Source: the human T2T-CHM13v2.0 reference genome, Homo sapiens
DNA: 64,000 bases
Direction: 5' to 3' (one strand)
Assembly: GCF_009914755.1 (NCBI RefSeq)
Contig: NC_060925.1
Below, piece after piece: positions 16,771 to 29,681 of this stretch (position 1 is its first letter; every line of letters starts with the position of its first letter). The notes beneath the pieces were generated by a model that saw only the letters and a program-made list of their open reading frames with translations, searched no databases and was not told the DNA's origin. The translations under genes were made by a program, and so were the position numbers.

Positions 16771-19700
16771 TATTAGCAATTTATTTGTCATTATTTCCAG
16801 CTCCTCACCTCCATCCATCCCATCATCTGTCTTAGAATGAATTTCCCATCCTCAGTTTGGTAGACACTGGTAAACAAACATGCATTTGACTTTGCATACC
16901 CAGTGTGACTTCCTCCTATCCCCAATTTTCTGCTAGTGTCAACCTCAGGAGTTTTCTCTTAATAATGATGCTTTCTTCTTTCTGTCACATCCCTCTCTGT
17001 TTAGTGCATGAAGTCACTTGTCACATGCATTCTCAAGAGCCAAAACTTGCCTAGTCTCTGTTCTACCAGTTTCCCTCTCTCCTACTCCAAGTCTCAAACC
17101 AGGTATGCTGCTCCAGGACTCTCGCCTGAACAAGAGAGTCTCCCAGCACATGTAACTCGGAGCGTTCCTGATGCCAAGGAGAGGCCACGCTTGCCTCTTT
17201 GGGAAGCAAGTGCCACTAAATATTTTATGTGGAGGGCCCGATGACACCATCTCCCCGATCAGGATTCAGGAGGCAGGTGTTAGTGACAGCTAGTGAAGGC
17301 ATCTGATACCTTCCTGATCAGCTGCTGCGGGCGTCAGTGGCAAAGCAGGGAAGAAATGACAATCAGGCGTTTCCAGTTCAGCTCAGTAGAGGATTGTCTC
17401 CTCCCTGCTACCCTCTCCTATTGCCCTTTTCAGGAGATCTGGGTGCACATGCCTCTACGTTTCCACTTGGCTTTCCCTTATAGCAAAAGGAGCTGGTGGA
17501 AAGAGAATTTAGATTTGAAATACGATTTTGCCAAATTGAGTCAAAGTTCCTGTTAATAGCTCTCATACCCGTGGGCCCATCTGTAGCTCCACTTGCCACT
17601 AACTCCATTCCTAACAACCCTGTCATCAACATCATCGTCACCTCCAGCACCATCCTGGAGCTGACAGTTTTCATAACAATAACAGCAAAGGGTGCCTACT
17701 ATTACTACTGCACCTACTAGGGAGCTCACACACTCTGAGGAGCCAGACGGTGGTAGGGAAAAGATGAGCATGAAAATGAGGGCTGTGAAATCAGGGAAGT
17801 TAGCAGCTGTTCCTGGAAGTCACTTAGCCTCCTTCCTTTCCCATGATGGAGAGGAGTCCGTCTTCTCCTTCAGCTCTTCCTTCTAATGAGTAGTGCCTTT
17901 AAAGCAGGAACTTTAGATGAATGCTGAGGGAGATTATAAGATTATTCCAACCCACTGTTTTTTTTTTTTTTTAATATGAAAGACACCACAGCCCACAGAA
18001 AGGAAACAAATTGACCAGGGCGACTCAAAGTGAGTCAGAAACAGGCTGCAGTCAGAACCCAGACCTCATGACAAAAAGGCAGGCGCTTCCTCCATTGTAG
18101 GTGGAAGGGTCCTGGGAGTTAGTTACGTTTTGCCTTCAGGCTGTCCTGTTTTCGGGAAAGTGGATGCCTTTGATAATAGCCCCATGATACGCAGAAGTGA
18201 GTGTGGCATTGGGCCTGGACAACGAGGTGGTGCTCAGGGCAGATTCAAAGAGGGGCGGATTAAGGGGCAGAATGAAAGAAAGACACATGTCCGAATGGCT
18301 CCTTTCCCCCTTGGGGAGAATGATTGCTTCTGTCCTCTTCTAGGCCCAGGCAGGCCCAGGCAAATGTCACACTCAGGACCGTCACCTATGCTGTAACTTG
18401 GGGGCTATGGTGTCCTCTGCCACAACCCCACGGACAGGTCAGATTTAGTCTATGCACAGAAAGCTCCTTCTTCCCAAAGAGTTAGAGCTACAGCAGAAGG
18501 GATTAAAGTTAGATATTAAGGGGGACATTCTGCCTAGAGAGGATCTGCAGAGCATCCTGCCAAGGAGATTCTGAAATTTTCTGATATTGAATTTTCCTGG
18601 AAGCTGCCTAGGAATCAGTTTACCTAGAGGCAGGGGATTGGTCCCAATGATCTCAGAAGGCTCCTTTTGGTTTAAGATTTCTGTGAGAATAAAATTGTCT
18701 AAATGTGAGAGTCTGAGGCCCCATCTTTTCCCCGTGGGTGGAATGCTACTGAAGGACCTGTCTTCATATCCCTTGTGCAGCTGTACGTGCAAGCATTCTG
18801 AGCATCGCTCTGTCTAACACCGACCTTAGAGGTAGTCCAGGCACGTTGGGTAGCACAAGGTGAGCAAGAGGGCGAACGCAAAAGCCCCGGGTAATGCCGA
18901 CGGCTGAAAGTCCTCAATTAGAGTGAAAGGAGTTATCTGGTATTTAAATAATTATTAGAGTGAAGGAATAATCATGGGTTTGAGCTGATTTTTTCCCCAC
19001 TGTCACTCTGATGGCGTCTATAATATTATTATTCAAATGCCCATGATTCTCATTGAGAACCAAGAGAGAGGAGAGAGTGGGGGTGAGGGGGTGGGGAGCA
19101 GGGAGAGGGTGGGGAGAGAGACTCATTTAATCTCCATGTGACAGGGCTGCAGGAGGTACGATTAGTCTTTTTCTTATTTCAGCTGTCACTCATGCACAGA
19201 CACCGAAGATTGTTATTAGTATATTTTATGCACGCGATTTAAAGGGAAAAGGGGGAGGGGGGTGAGGAGAGAAAGAATTTCCTATGGAAAATAGCGGGAC
19301 CAAAGGAACAATTTAGATGTCACTTCTGTACCAGCTGCGTTTGCTTCATTAATCGAATGTCATTTTTTCCCTAGACTCTGTGCGGTTATGTGAAGCGAAG
19401 TGGCTATACCTTGCCCCAGAGTGAAGAAGGAAGGTGAGAGGAGAGAGGGGAGGAAAATAGGTCTCTGCCTGCATGTACCCTTGGCAGCCTTCTCTGAGAA
19501 GGTGACACAGATGACACTGTGGCCCCTCCAGGAGGTGTCAAGACAAATTTGGGTGACAATTTCTACCCAGTCACCCTCTCTTACTATGAGAAGGTGGATC
19601 TCCTGCTTATCTTCATATATGCGATTCGTTTCACAGGTGGGATAAACTACATCCACGCTCCAATAACCAAGGAGTAAGAGATGGAAATTTGGGGAGGCTC

Positions 19701-19921
19701 TCAAAATCTCGATCAGTAATAAGGAAAGAACCCATACTCCAGGCGGTGAGGCAGCAGGGGCTGTGAGAGGGGAGCTGCGTGCGGCTCTCAGCTTTGGACA
19801 AGGCCCTTAGATCTTACATATGTGCGTGACAGTGAGGGACCCTCCATCTCTGCAGTGGTGAACAGAGGCAGGGTAATGGGGCACAAGTGCAGGGGCTGGA
19901 TACTAGCAAGAAAGCGAGGGA

Positions 19922-20688
19922 TTGAGTTAAAGGCTGAATTGTGTCCCCTGGAAATTCCTGTGTTGAAGCCTAACCCTAAGTACCTCAGAATGTGTTCTTA
20001 TTTGAGACGGTGTCTTTTGTTACTGTTGTTTTGGTTTGGTTTTTTTGAGACGGGGTCTCGCTCTGTCTCCCAGTCTGGAGTGCAGTGGCGCGATCTCAGC
20101 TCCTTGCAGCCTCCATCTCCTGGACTCAAACCATCCTCCCACATCAGCCCTAGGAACCACAGGGATCTGTGGGGCCACAGGCACCTGTCTACACCTGGCT
20201 AATTTTTATTTTTATTTTTGTAGAGATGAGGTTTCATGATGCTAGCCAGGCTGGTCTTGAACTCCTGGGCTCAACTGATCCTCTAGCCTCGGCCTCCCAA
20301 AATGCTGGGATTACAGGCGTGAGCCATGGCACCCGTCCCTGAGACAGGGTCTCTACAGAGGTAATCAGGTTAAGATGAGGTCACTAGGGTAGGCTCTAAT
20401 GCGGTGTGATCTGGTGTCCTTATAAAAAGGGGGAAATGTGGAGCCTGAGACAGACACTCACAGAGGCCAGGTGATGTAAAGAGACATCCACATCCTCATC
20501 TGACCATCTACAAGCTCAGAAGAGAGGTCTGGAACAGCTCCTTCCCTCACAGCCATCAGAAGGAATCAACTCTGCCCACATCCTCATCTGGGACTTCCCA
20601 GTTTCTGAACTTGGAGAAAATAAATTTCTGTTATTTAAGCCACCTGGTCTGTGATACTTTGTTACAGCAACCCTGGCAAACTAATACA
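19922..20688 (+). mobile_element. MLT1 (ERVL-MaLR) solo LTR, interrupted by an Alu
   Basis: ggctgaattgtgtcccc...gtacctcagaatgtg...ggtgtccttataaaaagggg...aataaatttctgttatttaagccacc...gcaaactaataca. Confidence 0.85.
20016..20339 (-). mobile_element. AluJ inserted in MLT1
   Basis: Alu dimer; TSD-like tgagacggtgtct (20003) and tgagacagggtct (20340). Confidence 0.9.
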
Positions 20689-23583
20689 ACAGGGAGGAGA
20701 AAGGCACTCAAACTTCATGGTTCAGGAATTGTTCTTTTAAAGGAGAGGGGTCTGGGTGTGCAGGCACACGAAAATTTGCAGAGATAGGCGGGTATCTCTG
20801 ACTCCTGCTGCCTTCACCTAGCCCAGAAAACAGTAGCCCAGAGAACTCACTTGCTCTGCCCATGATAGCTTTGGGATGCGAATTAGGATGTGCTGATTTC
20901 TGCTGTTCCTGCAGAGTGGACCCTACCCTTTTTTTGCTTCTCCTGCCCAGAAGAGTGAATCTGCCACTTGCCAGACCCCAAGGAGAGATCTCTCTCACTC
21001 CCACCCCGGCTCCTCCTCCAGGCACAAGCCCTGTCCTGGGACTGCTTTTAACGTCAGGGAGAGATTTCTGTTGTTTTTTTTTTCCCAGGTCTCCCAGTAG
21101 GCTCTGATCGAGCCCTGGAAACCACACCAGCTCTCCCAGGGCCTTAGCAAAACATGTAGTGTTTGTCCTCTCCACTCACAGGCTATAAAAGTTTGGAGTT
21201 GTATCCCTGAATTATGAAGGGTTCCAAGATGTGCACTCATCTGAGGGGCTGGCGGGGGCTCTGTTTCTTTCTGGGGCACTGGCTGAGCTGGCTTTGCAAA
21301 GTCAAAACAAGATTCATTACCCTGGGGCCGGGAGCAGGGAGATACACCGCCTGACCCTGCAGACCTGCCCCATATGTCATGGGCCTGTCAGAAATCTCCC
21401 AGAATTCCCTTTATTATCTAAAGGTCGCCACCCGGGCAGAGCTGAGAGAGCCGCATGGTATAAACTAAAATACAAGAACAATCAATTTCAAGCAGCTGCC
21501 TTCCCTGCCACCCCATCCCCTGCTCCCCCTTCCTTAGGCTCTGCCCTCTTCAACCCCCTTTGGGGGAGGGTCAGGAAGGAGCCCTGCTTTGCCATGGCCA
21601 CCTCCCCGCTGGGTCAGAAAGAATTTCTCCAAATTAGCAGGGCTCTGATGCTATGAGAAGCAGGCTGTGGGAGCACTCCAGCCTTCTGTGCAAACGGAGT
21701 CCGAGAAAGGTCATCCCACCTCTTCCCTGATTCTAACAGGACCCTATTTAAACCATCTTATCAATTGAGTTGCTGTTCTGGTAGACATTATGGGATTAAA
21801 GGACAAAAAAAGGAATTCTCAGGCTCCTTCCAAAGGCAGGAAAAGGAAATAAAAGTAGGCATATGGCTTTGCTAAGCCAAGTCAAGATTCATGTTAGGAG
21901 ACCTCATACTCTAATGACCATGAGTAGCAAATTACTAGCAACTCTCACTTATTTTCTGGAAAAAAAACTATGAAGAGTAGCTACTATTATTATTATTTAT
22001 TAACCACCTGCTACATGACACGCTATGCTACATGCCCTGTATATGCTATCCATAGTTGTGTGATTAGCTTGCAAGGTGAGCATGACTATCCCCATTTCAC
22101 AGATGAAGAAATGGAATCTCAGGAAGCCTAACGTGACGAGCATCAGCTAAGAAGCCAAGATTCTCGAGGCCCATGCTTTCCCTACTATTCTACACTGCCT
22201 AGATTTTTAAGACTTATTTTTCAGCCAAACCTTCTTATCACTGGTCTGGGAGAACTCACCAGAATGTTTAGTAAGACTTGGCAAGTACTTTATGTTAAAG
22301 GTCAAAACTTGAGGCTCCACAGTTCCATTTATGTCTACCCTGAGCTGATCCTTTATTTTGGTAACCAGGCAGTGCTGGGGTAGGGCACACAGGAGTCCTG
22401 GTTATCAAGCACCAGGTGGAATCCAGGGGTGTTTTGTGGCAGGAGCTTTGCTAGCTTGGCAGCCGCCTTTCAGAGCAATTCCAAATGATATTTTCAAAGA
22501 GCCTGGAAATGTCTCTCATCCAGTCTTCACTGTACAAGGGAGAGCCAGGGACTCTTCGAGGTTGAGATGGGGCAGGAGAGCAAGCTTAAAAAGTACTCAA
22601 CTAAAAGGTTAAATAAATTACAGTTACTCCATATAATGGCATATTGTGCTGCCATTAAACATAATGTTTTCAAAAATAATGACACTGCTCTAATTTATAC
22701 TACTGGGAGAAAAAAGGAGGAACAATGAGGGAGTAAGAAAAAGCCAAAACAAAGCAGTAGGCATTCATCTCAACTCTCGGTCCATGAACTGACCCTAAAA
22801 TCCCACTTACTCTCCTTTGAAGCTGTCCACATCTTTTTCTTCTTGAAGAAAAATGTTAATGGCTCCCAGGAGACCCAGGTGAGAGAACTTCCTGCTTTCT
22901 TTTGCAGACCTTCCTTGTTACCTCCAGTGACCTCACATGGCTGGCCACTGAAGTGCTCTAGGGACAAGGATCACTCCCAATCCCTGATGCTTCATCTCTA
23001 TCTCAGGGAGAGTGGCCATTAGTGCCAGATGATGTGCACTTTTTAGCACTGCTCATTTCCAGAAGCTAGGGTTCCCAAAAGTTCAAAGGGCGGGGCTCTT
23101 CACCAGGAATCCTCGTGCTGCCTCCCTGAAAATAATGCTTGTAAGACAGTGACATTGTCACCATCCAGGCCTTCCTCTGAGATGGACCCTGGTGAAACCC
23201 ATTGGCAGCCAAGATCCAGCCACAGATCTGCAAGTTGTGCCTTGTGCTGCCTCATTCCTTGTGTCTCAGACCCATTGTCTGACTTTGCCAGGCACATGGC
23301 TGAAGTGTGAAATTCACCTATGGAAACACCTTCTGTGTTTCTATCTGGGCTGTTGCCCAGATAGACTCAGCACTGCTAAGCACCCAAGTTCAAGTCCTTT
23401 CCCAGCTGGCTCTTCTGTCTTTCTCTAACCTCACTGCCCACCTCTCCCAGAGTGACTCCTCTCCCAACAAACTGGTTGGTCTGTTGAGTCCCCAAAACGC
23501 CCTGCCCTGGAATGCTTGTTTCCACTCCCTTCTTTGCCTATCCATACCCAGCCCATCCTTCAAAGCCTCATAAACCCTCTAGG

Positions 23584-23963
23584 GCCTCTCCATCTCCAAT
23601 CTCCTTTCTCTCCTCCAAAGTCAATTAAAAACTGCTGGTTTTAATGGTTTCCTCTCATGGCCCTCGGGTGATTTAGGACCACTTGTGTTGCTCTTGCTGG
23701 TTTGTCCAGGCACCTGTGGCAGCACAGAAGGGCGTAGAGGAGGAAAGGGGAAAACCGGTCCTGAGGAGGAGGAGAAGATGCTGAGATACCAGCTCCTTAG
23801 GCTCAGCCCCGCATTCTCTGGGCCCTTCCCATACAGGTCTGCCTCAGTACACAGGCTAAATTTCCTCTTCCTTCCTTGTCTTTCCCTGCCTCTCTTTCTC
23901 TCTAAAAACTGCTAGTTTTTAATTGACTTTGGAGGAGAGAAAGGAGATTGGAGGTGGAGAGGC
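23584..23963. repeat. 50-bp inverted repeat arms (23584-23633 and 23914-23963) enclosing a duplicated segment
   Basis: The arms are reverse complements at 49/50 positions. Confidence 0.95.
23650..23904 (+). repeat. 255-bp direct duplicate of 25133-25388 (copy A)
   Basis: About 94-95% identity by manual alignment; the ORF track shows the same peptide (CPGTCGSTEG...TGPEEEEKMLRYQLLRL) twice. Confidence 0.95.
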
Positions 23964-24639
23964 TAGAATCACACACTGATTCTAGCACACACTACATTGC
24001 AGCATTGAGCTGTCTTTTCTATGTGACTATTTCCTATCTCCCCACTGAATTAGAGGCTCTTTGAAGGCAGGAACAATATCTCGTGCTTCTTGGTATCCGT
24101 GCAGGGCTAGCATGATAACTTTCACTCAGTATTGTGTTCAGCCTGAATTGTCAAGAGCAGCGCGAGGGGGTGCCCAGGTGTGCTCATTTGCTTTTTCTCA
24201 GTGGACACTGTCCCTACTAGTTGGCCTCAAGAAATGATTTGAACTAATACACTTGGCTCAGGGATCTGTCATGACTGATCTTCAGGAGGTAGTGAAGAAG
24301 GAGGTAAATGATTTAGGAAGGATCCTGGCTATTATTTGCCTTGAACCCACTGGGTGAGGCTAGATGGGTGAGGTGGGAAGAAAGATGGAGAAGAATGGGA
24401 AGATACCAGCTCTGTCTTTGAAGAATGTATAATCTAGACTTGTGCAGGAAAAGTCTTTGCAAGACAGCTCCAGAGCCGTTAACCATATAATATCATGGAT
24501 CACATAAAAAGCACATAATAATAAAAAATGACAAATTCACAATATAAAGTGATGAACAGAGTGGGGTGAGGGAAGTCCCCTTGGAAGGTTCCAGAACAGG
24601 GTCTTCAACAAGGAGGTCAAACTCGCAGCGCTGGATGGC

Positions 24640-24840
24640 GCAGAGAAAAGACCTTGGCCTTTGGAGACGGACCTGGGCTCAAGTCTCATTCTATCACTTA
24701 CGAGTCTGGTGACCTTGAACATGTTATTTAACCTTTTGGAGCCTCGCTTTCCTCAGCTGTAAAATGACACCTCACAGGGTTGTGGTGAGAATCAATGAGA
24801 TAATGGATGTGAAATTGTTTTGTAAACTCTAGAGCTCTAA
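24640..24840 (+). mobile_element. MIR SINE
   Basis: gacctgggctcaagtc...gtgaccttgaacatgttatttaacc...ctgtaaaatg...gggttgtggtgagaat. Confidence 0.8.
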
Positions 24841-25132
24841 GTAAACACCAGTTATTCTTGTTTCTGCTTTTGGAGAAACACTGTACAAGGACATCATCTC
24901 CTTGGCTGCCTTGTATGATGGTGACAAACTCCGAGGGTTCTGTTTTAGCTCGAGAGATTGGTGATCATTGTGCAGCAGAACCTGGTGACCCAGCACCTGC
25001 CTCCCCAGACCCAGTCCTCTCGGAAGAAACAAACAGGGTGCTGCTAGTCCCACCTTCTTCCCATGCTGACCTGAGGTCTTGAGTTGTCATTCCCACCATT
25101 TCTATCAGTGGTCCCATGATTTCAGGCCACCC

Positions 25133-25388
25133 TCCTCTCATGGCCCTTGGGTGATTTAGGACCACTTGTGTTGCTCTTGCTGGGTTGTCCAGGCACCTGT
25201 GGCAGCACAGAAGGGTGTGGAGGAGGAAAGAGGAAAACCGGTCCTGAGGAGGAGGAGAAGATGCTGAGATACCAGCTCCTTAGGCTGGGGCCTCGCATTC
25301 TCTGGGCCCTTCCCATACAGGTCCGCCTCAGTACACAGGCTGAAGTTCCTCTCCCTTCCTTGTCTTTCCCTGCCTTTCTTTCTCTCTA
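25133..25388 (+). repeat. 256-bp direct duplicate (copy B, probable donor)
   Basis: Matches 23650-23904 and lacks the flanking inverted repeats. Confidence 0.95.
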
Positions 25389-28300
25389 GTGCTTTTCTGA
25401 ACCAACAGCCAGCCTTCCAATAAAAAAGCTTTAACTCCTTTTCAGGAGGAAGCTTCTTAAGCAGGCTATGTCCCCACCCTGTATCTTCCTACCTGCAGTT
25501 TCTATTATTTTTCTCTCTTTGTCTGAGACTCCCAGCTCTTGCAGTAGAGATCCTTAGCTGTCAGACAGCCTCTCCTAAGTAACAGGCACGCTCACAATGA
25601 CACACACCAAGCAAGGGGAGTGCCATGGAGCTGGATTAAAGGGGCATGCAGAAACTGAGGGGTGGCTGGAACTCTGGGCAGAGGTCTGACCACTTAAAGG
25701 TCTTTTCTGTGCCAAGATGTAGAGACACTCGGCCTGAAGGACCCTTAAGCACCTGGAGTGGCATCAGTCCCTTGGTGAAGGAGCACAGTTAGTAGACATT
25801 TGAGACCCTTGAGGCGCTATCAGCCCAGCCCCGGACCTCTTGGATCCCTCAGCCCACTGTGAGGGAGAGTGACGGGTGCAGTTTTCTGAGAGGTTGAGAC
25901 AGGGGGAAGAATGTGCTGATGGGGAGCAGGGTGGGAATGGCAGGCCGGGGAGGGAGGACCTAGGGCAGGAGATGAAAAGTGCTCCCTGAGTGAGAATCTG
26001 GCCCTGGATGATGAATGGGGTGTGAGAGAGAAGCCGGGAAAAGGGTAAACAGCCAGGAGGGACCCAGGAGGGAAGCGGGAGGGAGGGGTGAGGAGAAAGA
26101 ATGTGGAGGTCAAGGAGCAAAGAAAATGCTCCTGGAGTGATTGACTCAAGATCCAACATGTTCCGCACCGGATGAAGGCACATGTGCACACAGATGTGCC
26201 TGGCCACCCGCCCTCCCCTCCACACGCCTGCGAAGGTGTGAGCACGTCTGTCTGCTCTCCTCCCAGATGCATTCCATGCCCTTCGGAAAAACCTTTCTTC
26301 TGATGTTTGGTTCTGAGTGTGCAAGGGACCCCACTGTAATACGAACAAGTATTTGTGCAATGATTTTATAGTTTCCTAAAAATTTCACATGCATCATCCC
26401 GCTAACGTACCCCTTACTCAAGCTGGTGAGGTTGAGAGCAGCATACGCATCACCAGTTTACAGGTGAGAGGACTTAGGTATATTTGAGGTTGAATATTTT
26501 GGCAAAGGCACCAGATGTGAAAGTGGGACTTGGACTTGGGGGGTCCTGGAGTTAAACATGTCACTTGGCTTCTCTGCTGCCTGACGTTGCAGATGCCACC
26601 AACTGATATATCTTGGAAGAGATCACTTACTCAAGAGGATACTCTCTGCCTGCACATAAGCAATACTCTGACCATAGTTGGGGATATCCTGTTACTACTC
26701 TTTGCAAATGGATATGGGGTCTAAGGAGCTGTGACTCAGAGTTGAATTCTTGGGCCCTGTGAATGTTTAGAGGAAAAGGCCTGGGGCTGGGAGCTGCTGG
26801 CCATCCACTGAATGCCATTTGGCTCTTGCCCAGTTCTGGCGGGTGGGAAGGAGGGCTGGGGAGGGGCTGAGGCCTGGACATGGCCCCAGGGGCTTGCACA
26901 GGTGGTGGCAGATGGAAAGGATCCAAAAGCACAAATCTGTAAGGAGAGACCACTGTGCCAGTCTCCCTCTCCCCAGCCGGCCCTTTATTGTGGGAAAGAA
27001 TGCAGCTGCCAGCAACCCCTCTGAAGACCAAGCACCTCTGCAGTCCCTGCAGCCAGCCCAAGAGTGCAGAAGGCTCCTATCTGCCTTGACTCCTCTCCTT
27101 ACCCATCTCCTCCCAGCTCTCAGCCCTGGCCCTGCTGCTCTTCAATTCCCGACAGTGGCAGATCACTGATTAATTCAGGCCTGTTTAATAACCCTTCTAT
27201 TTCGATGAAACAAGCTGTCTTGTTTTCTTTATTTTTAACACTGACTTTCGTTTCTTTGCTAAGCATCTTACTGTCATTTAAATTTCTCTGTCTCCAACCA
27301 AGCTGATAATAGACTGGAGTGAGCAGCTGCTTCCGTCCCGTTTATGACAATGATTAGAAGAAGTTAGAGCTGTGCAAGCAGAGAATTGACCAAATCTCAG
27401 TTCAGAGGGGTCTGCTCCTGCTTGTAGAGGGAGTGTTAATTTTAACATGATTAGGAGAATTCTGGCTCCAGAGGAGACCAGGGCTAATCCCAGCCTAGCC
27501 TTCCTCGCACCCTGCTCGGTGGAGACTGCCATGGGCCTGAAGGTGTGAGAACCAACTTTACTTACTTTGGAATTCAATTGTATGGACCTGACACTCCACT
27601 TCATAACACAGCCTTTTCCTCCACTGAATTTGGATTTACTTAGCAGCAAAGAGGGAACTCAAGCTTAGAAGATTTAGGGTGGGTGGAGACCTCAGCTATC
27701 AGCTACGATACCTTTCTGCTCTATGCAGGAATCTCTTCTTGAGACCTGGCCATCTTCTAGCCTCTGCTTGAATTCCCTAAATGTTGTAGAGCCCATTCCC
27801 TCCCTAAGTAGCCTTTTCCAGGCTGGGATAGCTCTGGCTAATCTCTCTCCTTCTGTCTTTTTGCAATACTTATTTGTGACTTGTAGGACGATGATTTGCG
27901 TGCATACCCTCTCTTGCCAGGTTGAAACCTCCTCAAGAGCCTGGACAATGACTTGTCTCCCCTCTATCATACTCGGTATATGGATATTCTATAAACACTC
28001 GTTCAGTCAAATGAAATTATGCTGCACCAACTTTAAAATTTCTTGCAAGGAACGTATCTTTTTTTCTTCTCCCAGGTGAAGCTTTCTATTTTTCTCTATG
28101 CAGACAAATGTTGCCTCTTCCCATCCCCAGGCCAGACATGGCTGCTTCCCCAGGGCCCTGCTTTTTCTTCCTGGCCCCCAGGGACTGCACAGTTGGTGGA
28201 AAATTTGGCCAAGGAAGCTGGGGGCCCGCAGTGGAAGTCAATCGGGTGGCCTAGACCAGGTTCTCTGGATCCCAGCCCTCTTCATTTCCTCCAGGTCAGC

Positions 28301-28737
28301 CACAGCTGCCTGAGAATGCTCCCAGGTGCATGGTGTGCAAATCCAAGCTGGGGCGACCCTCCCTGCCTCTCATTCCCTCGCAGCCTTGTGAGACTGGAGC
28401 TCTCTGCGCCTCCCAGCCAGCACAGTTTGCAGGCAGCTGCTTGGGTCATTGTCTCAGCCTCTTCAAGCTGTGAATGCTGAGTCTATAGAGACTGAAACAC
28501 AAACAGTGCCCACAGTGCCTCTCGGGGAGGGAGGGGCAGCTTGGCCTTGCCAGAGCCATTGACTGTGCAAATATCAAGGCTTGCTGTGGATGGAGGAAAG
28601 CTGGTTGGAGCTATTTAAAAGGGGGGGTCTTTTGACACCACACTGCGCAGCACCATGGAAGGGCTGTGGTGTGTGCTAAGGGCCGGCAGATGGGAAGAGA
28701 AGAGGAGAGGTCAGTTCTCACAGGGAATACTGCTTCA

Positions 28738-28994
28738 TCGTGAGATGCCTGTCTGCTCTAAACCAAGGAAGAGAGAGATGGGGGAGGTCACTGGGCACAG
28801 TGCAGGGGACAAGAGACTGAAAAGAAAAGGTAGCTAAGTGGGCAGATCAAGAGAGTGTGGTGAGTGAGGCTGGGGCAAACAAACATCCTAGCAATTGGAG
28901 GGCAGTGAATGGCAGCTTGCTGTGTGACTCAGGGCAATACACTTACCCAGTTTGGACTTGGGTTTCACATCCACTGTGTGGGCCCGGGTAAAAG
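28738..28994 (+). repeat. 257-bp direct duplicate of 29425-29681
   Basis: Ungapped alignment at offset 687 with about 11 mismatches (about 96%). Confidence 0.95.
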
Positions 28995-29424
28995 GTACTA
29001 TTAAACACTCAAAAACATTTCCCAAGTATTCTACACCAAACACCTATTTATTCTGCAGTTCAAACTCTTTCTTAAAAAATAATATTTAGAAAGGAAAATC
29101 AAGGGCTCTTGCTGACCCCATTTTCTGCAGCAGGCTCTTGGACAGTGCTATGGGATGTTTAGGACTCTCCTCTCACAGGCCCCATCCCGCACTCTGCATT
29201 TCCAACAGGGACAAAGCTCCTTGTGTTGCTTGGGGAGCTTCTTGGCCTACTAGAAGACAGCTAATGCTTCTCCCCAGACATCCTGCTAGGTTTTGACCGA
29301 TGATCAGTGCTACCAAGGATCTGATCCCTGAGCCCCAGCGTCCAGCTTGGGCTCCTGGACTCCACTCCTGCTAACACACTCTGTGATGTGTCTGCTCCAT
29401 CCATGTCCCTGCCCCCAGGAGCTC

Positions 29425-29681
29425 TCGTGAGATGCCTGTCTGCTCAAAACCAAGGAAGAGAGAGATGGGGGAGGTCACTGGGCACAGTGCAGGGGACAAG
29501 AGACTGGAAAGAAAAGGTAGCTAAGTGGGCAGATCAAGAGAGTGTGGCGGGTGACGCTGGGGCAAACAAACCTCCTAGCAATTGGAGGGCAGTGAATGGC
29601 AGCTTGCTGTGTGACTCACGGCAATGCACTTACCCAATTTGGACTTGGGTTTCACATCCACTATGTGGGCCTGGGTAAAAG
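29425..29681 (+). repeat. 257-bp direct duplicate of 28738-28994
   Basis: Same ungapped alignment. Confidence 0.95.

Larger units (their letters stand above)
23400..24135 (+). mobile_element. Old L2 fragment interrupted by the inverted-repeat-flanked insertion
   Basis: ctggaatgcttg...cccatccttcaaagcctca on the left; tctcccactgaattagaggctctttgaaggcaggaac...ctcagta on the right. Confidence 0.55.

Noticed and set aside
23685-25389. Two similar peptides (…CPGTCGSTEG…EEEEKMLRYQLLRL) suggesting a small duplicated gene family
   Set aside because: They are translations of the 255-bp DNA duplication; the copies differ by a frameshift and have no promoter, splice or ATG support.
28647-28667. RE1/REST-like site gcagcaccatggaagggctg
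   Set aside because: The left half matches, but the essential GGACAG half is degenerate (GGAAGG).
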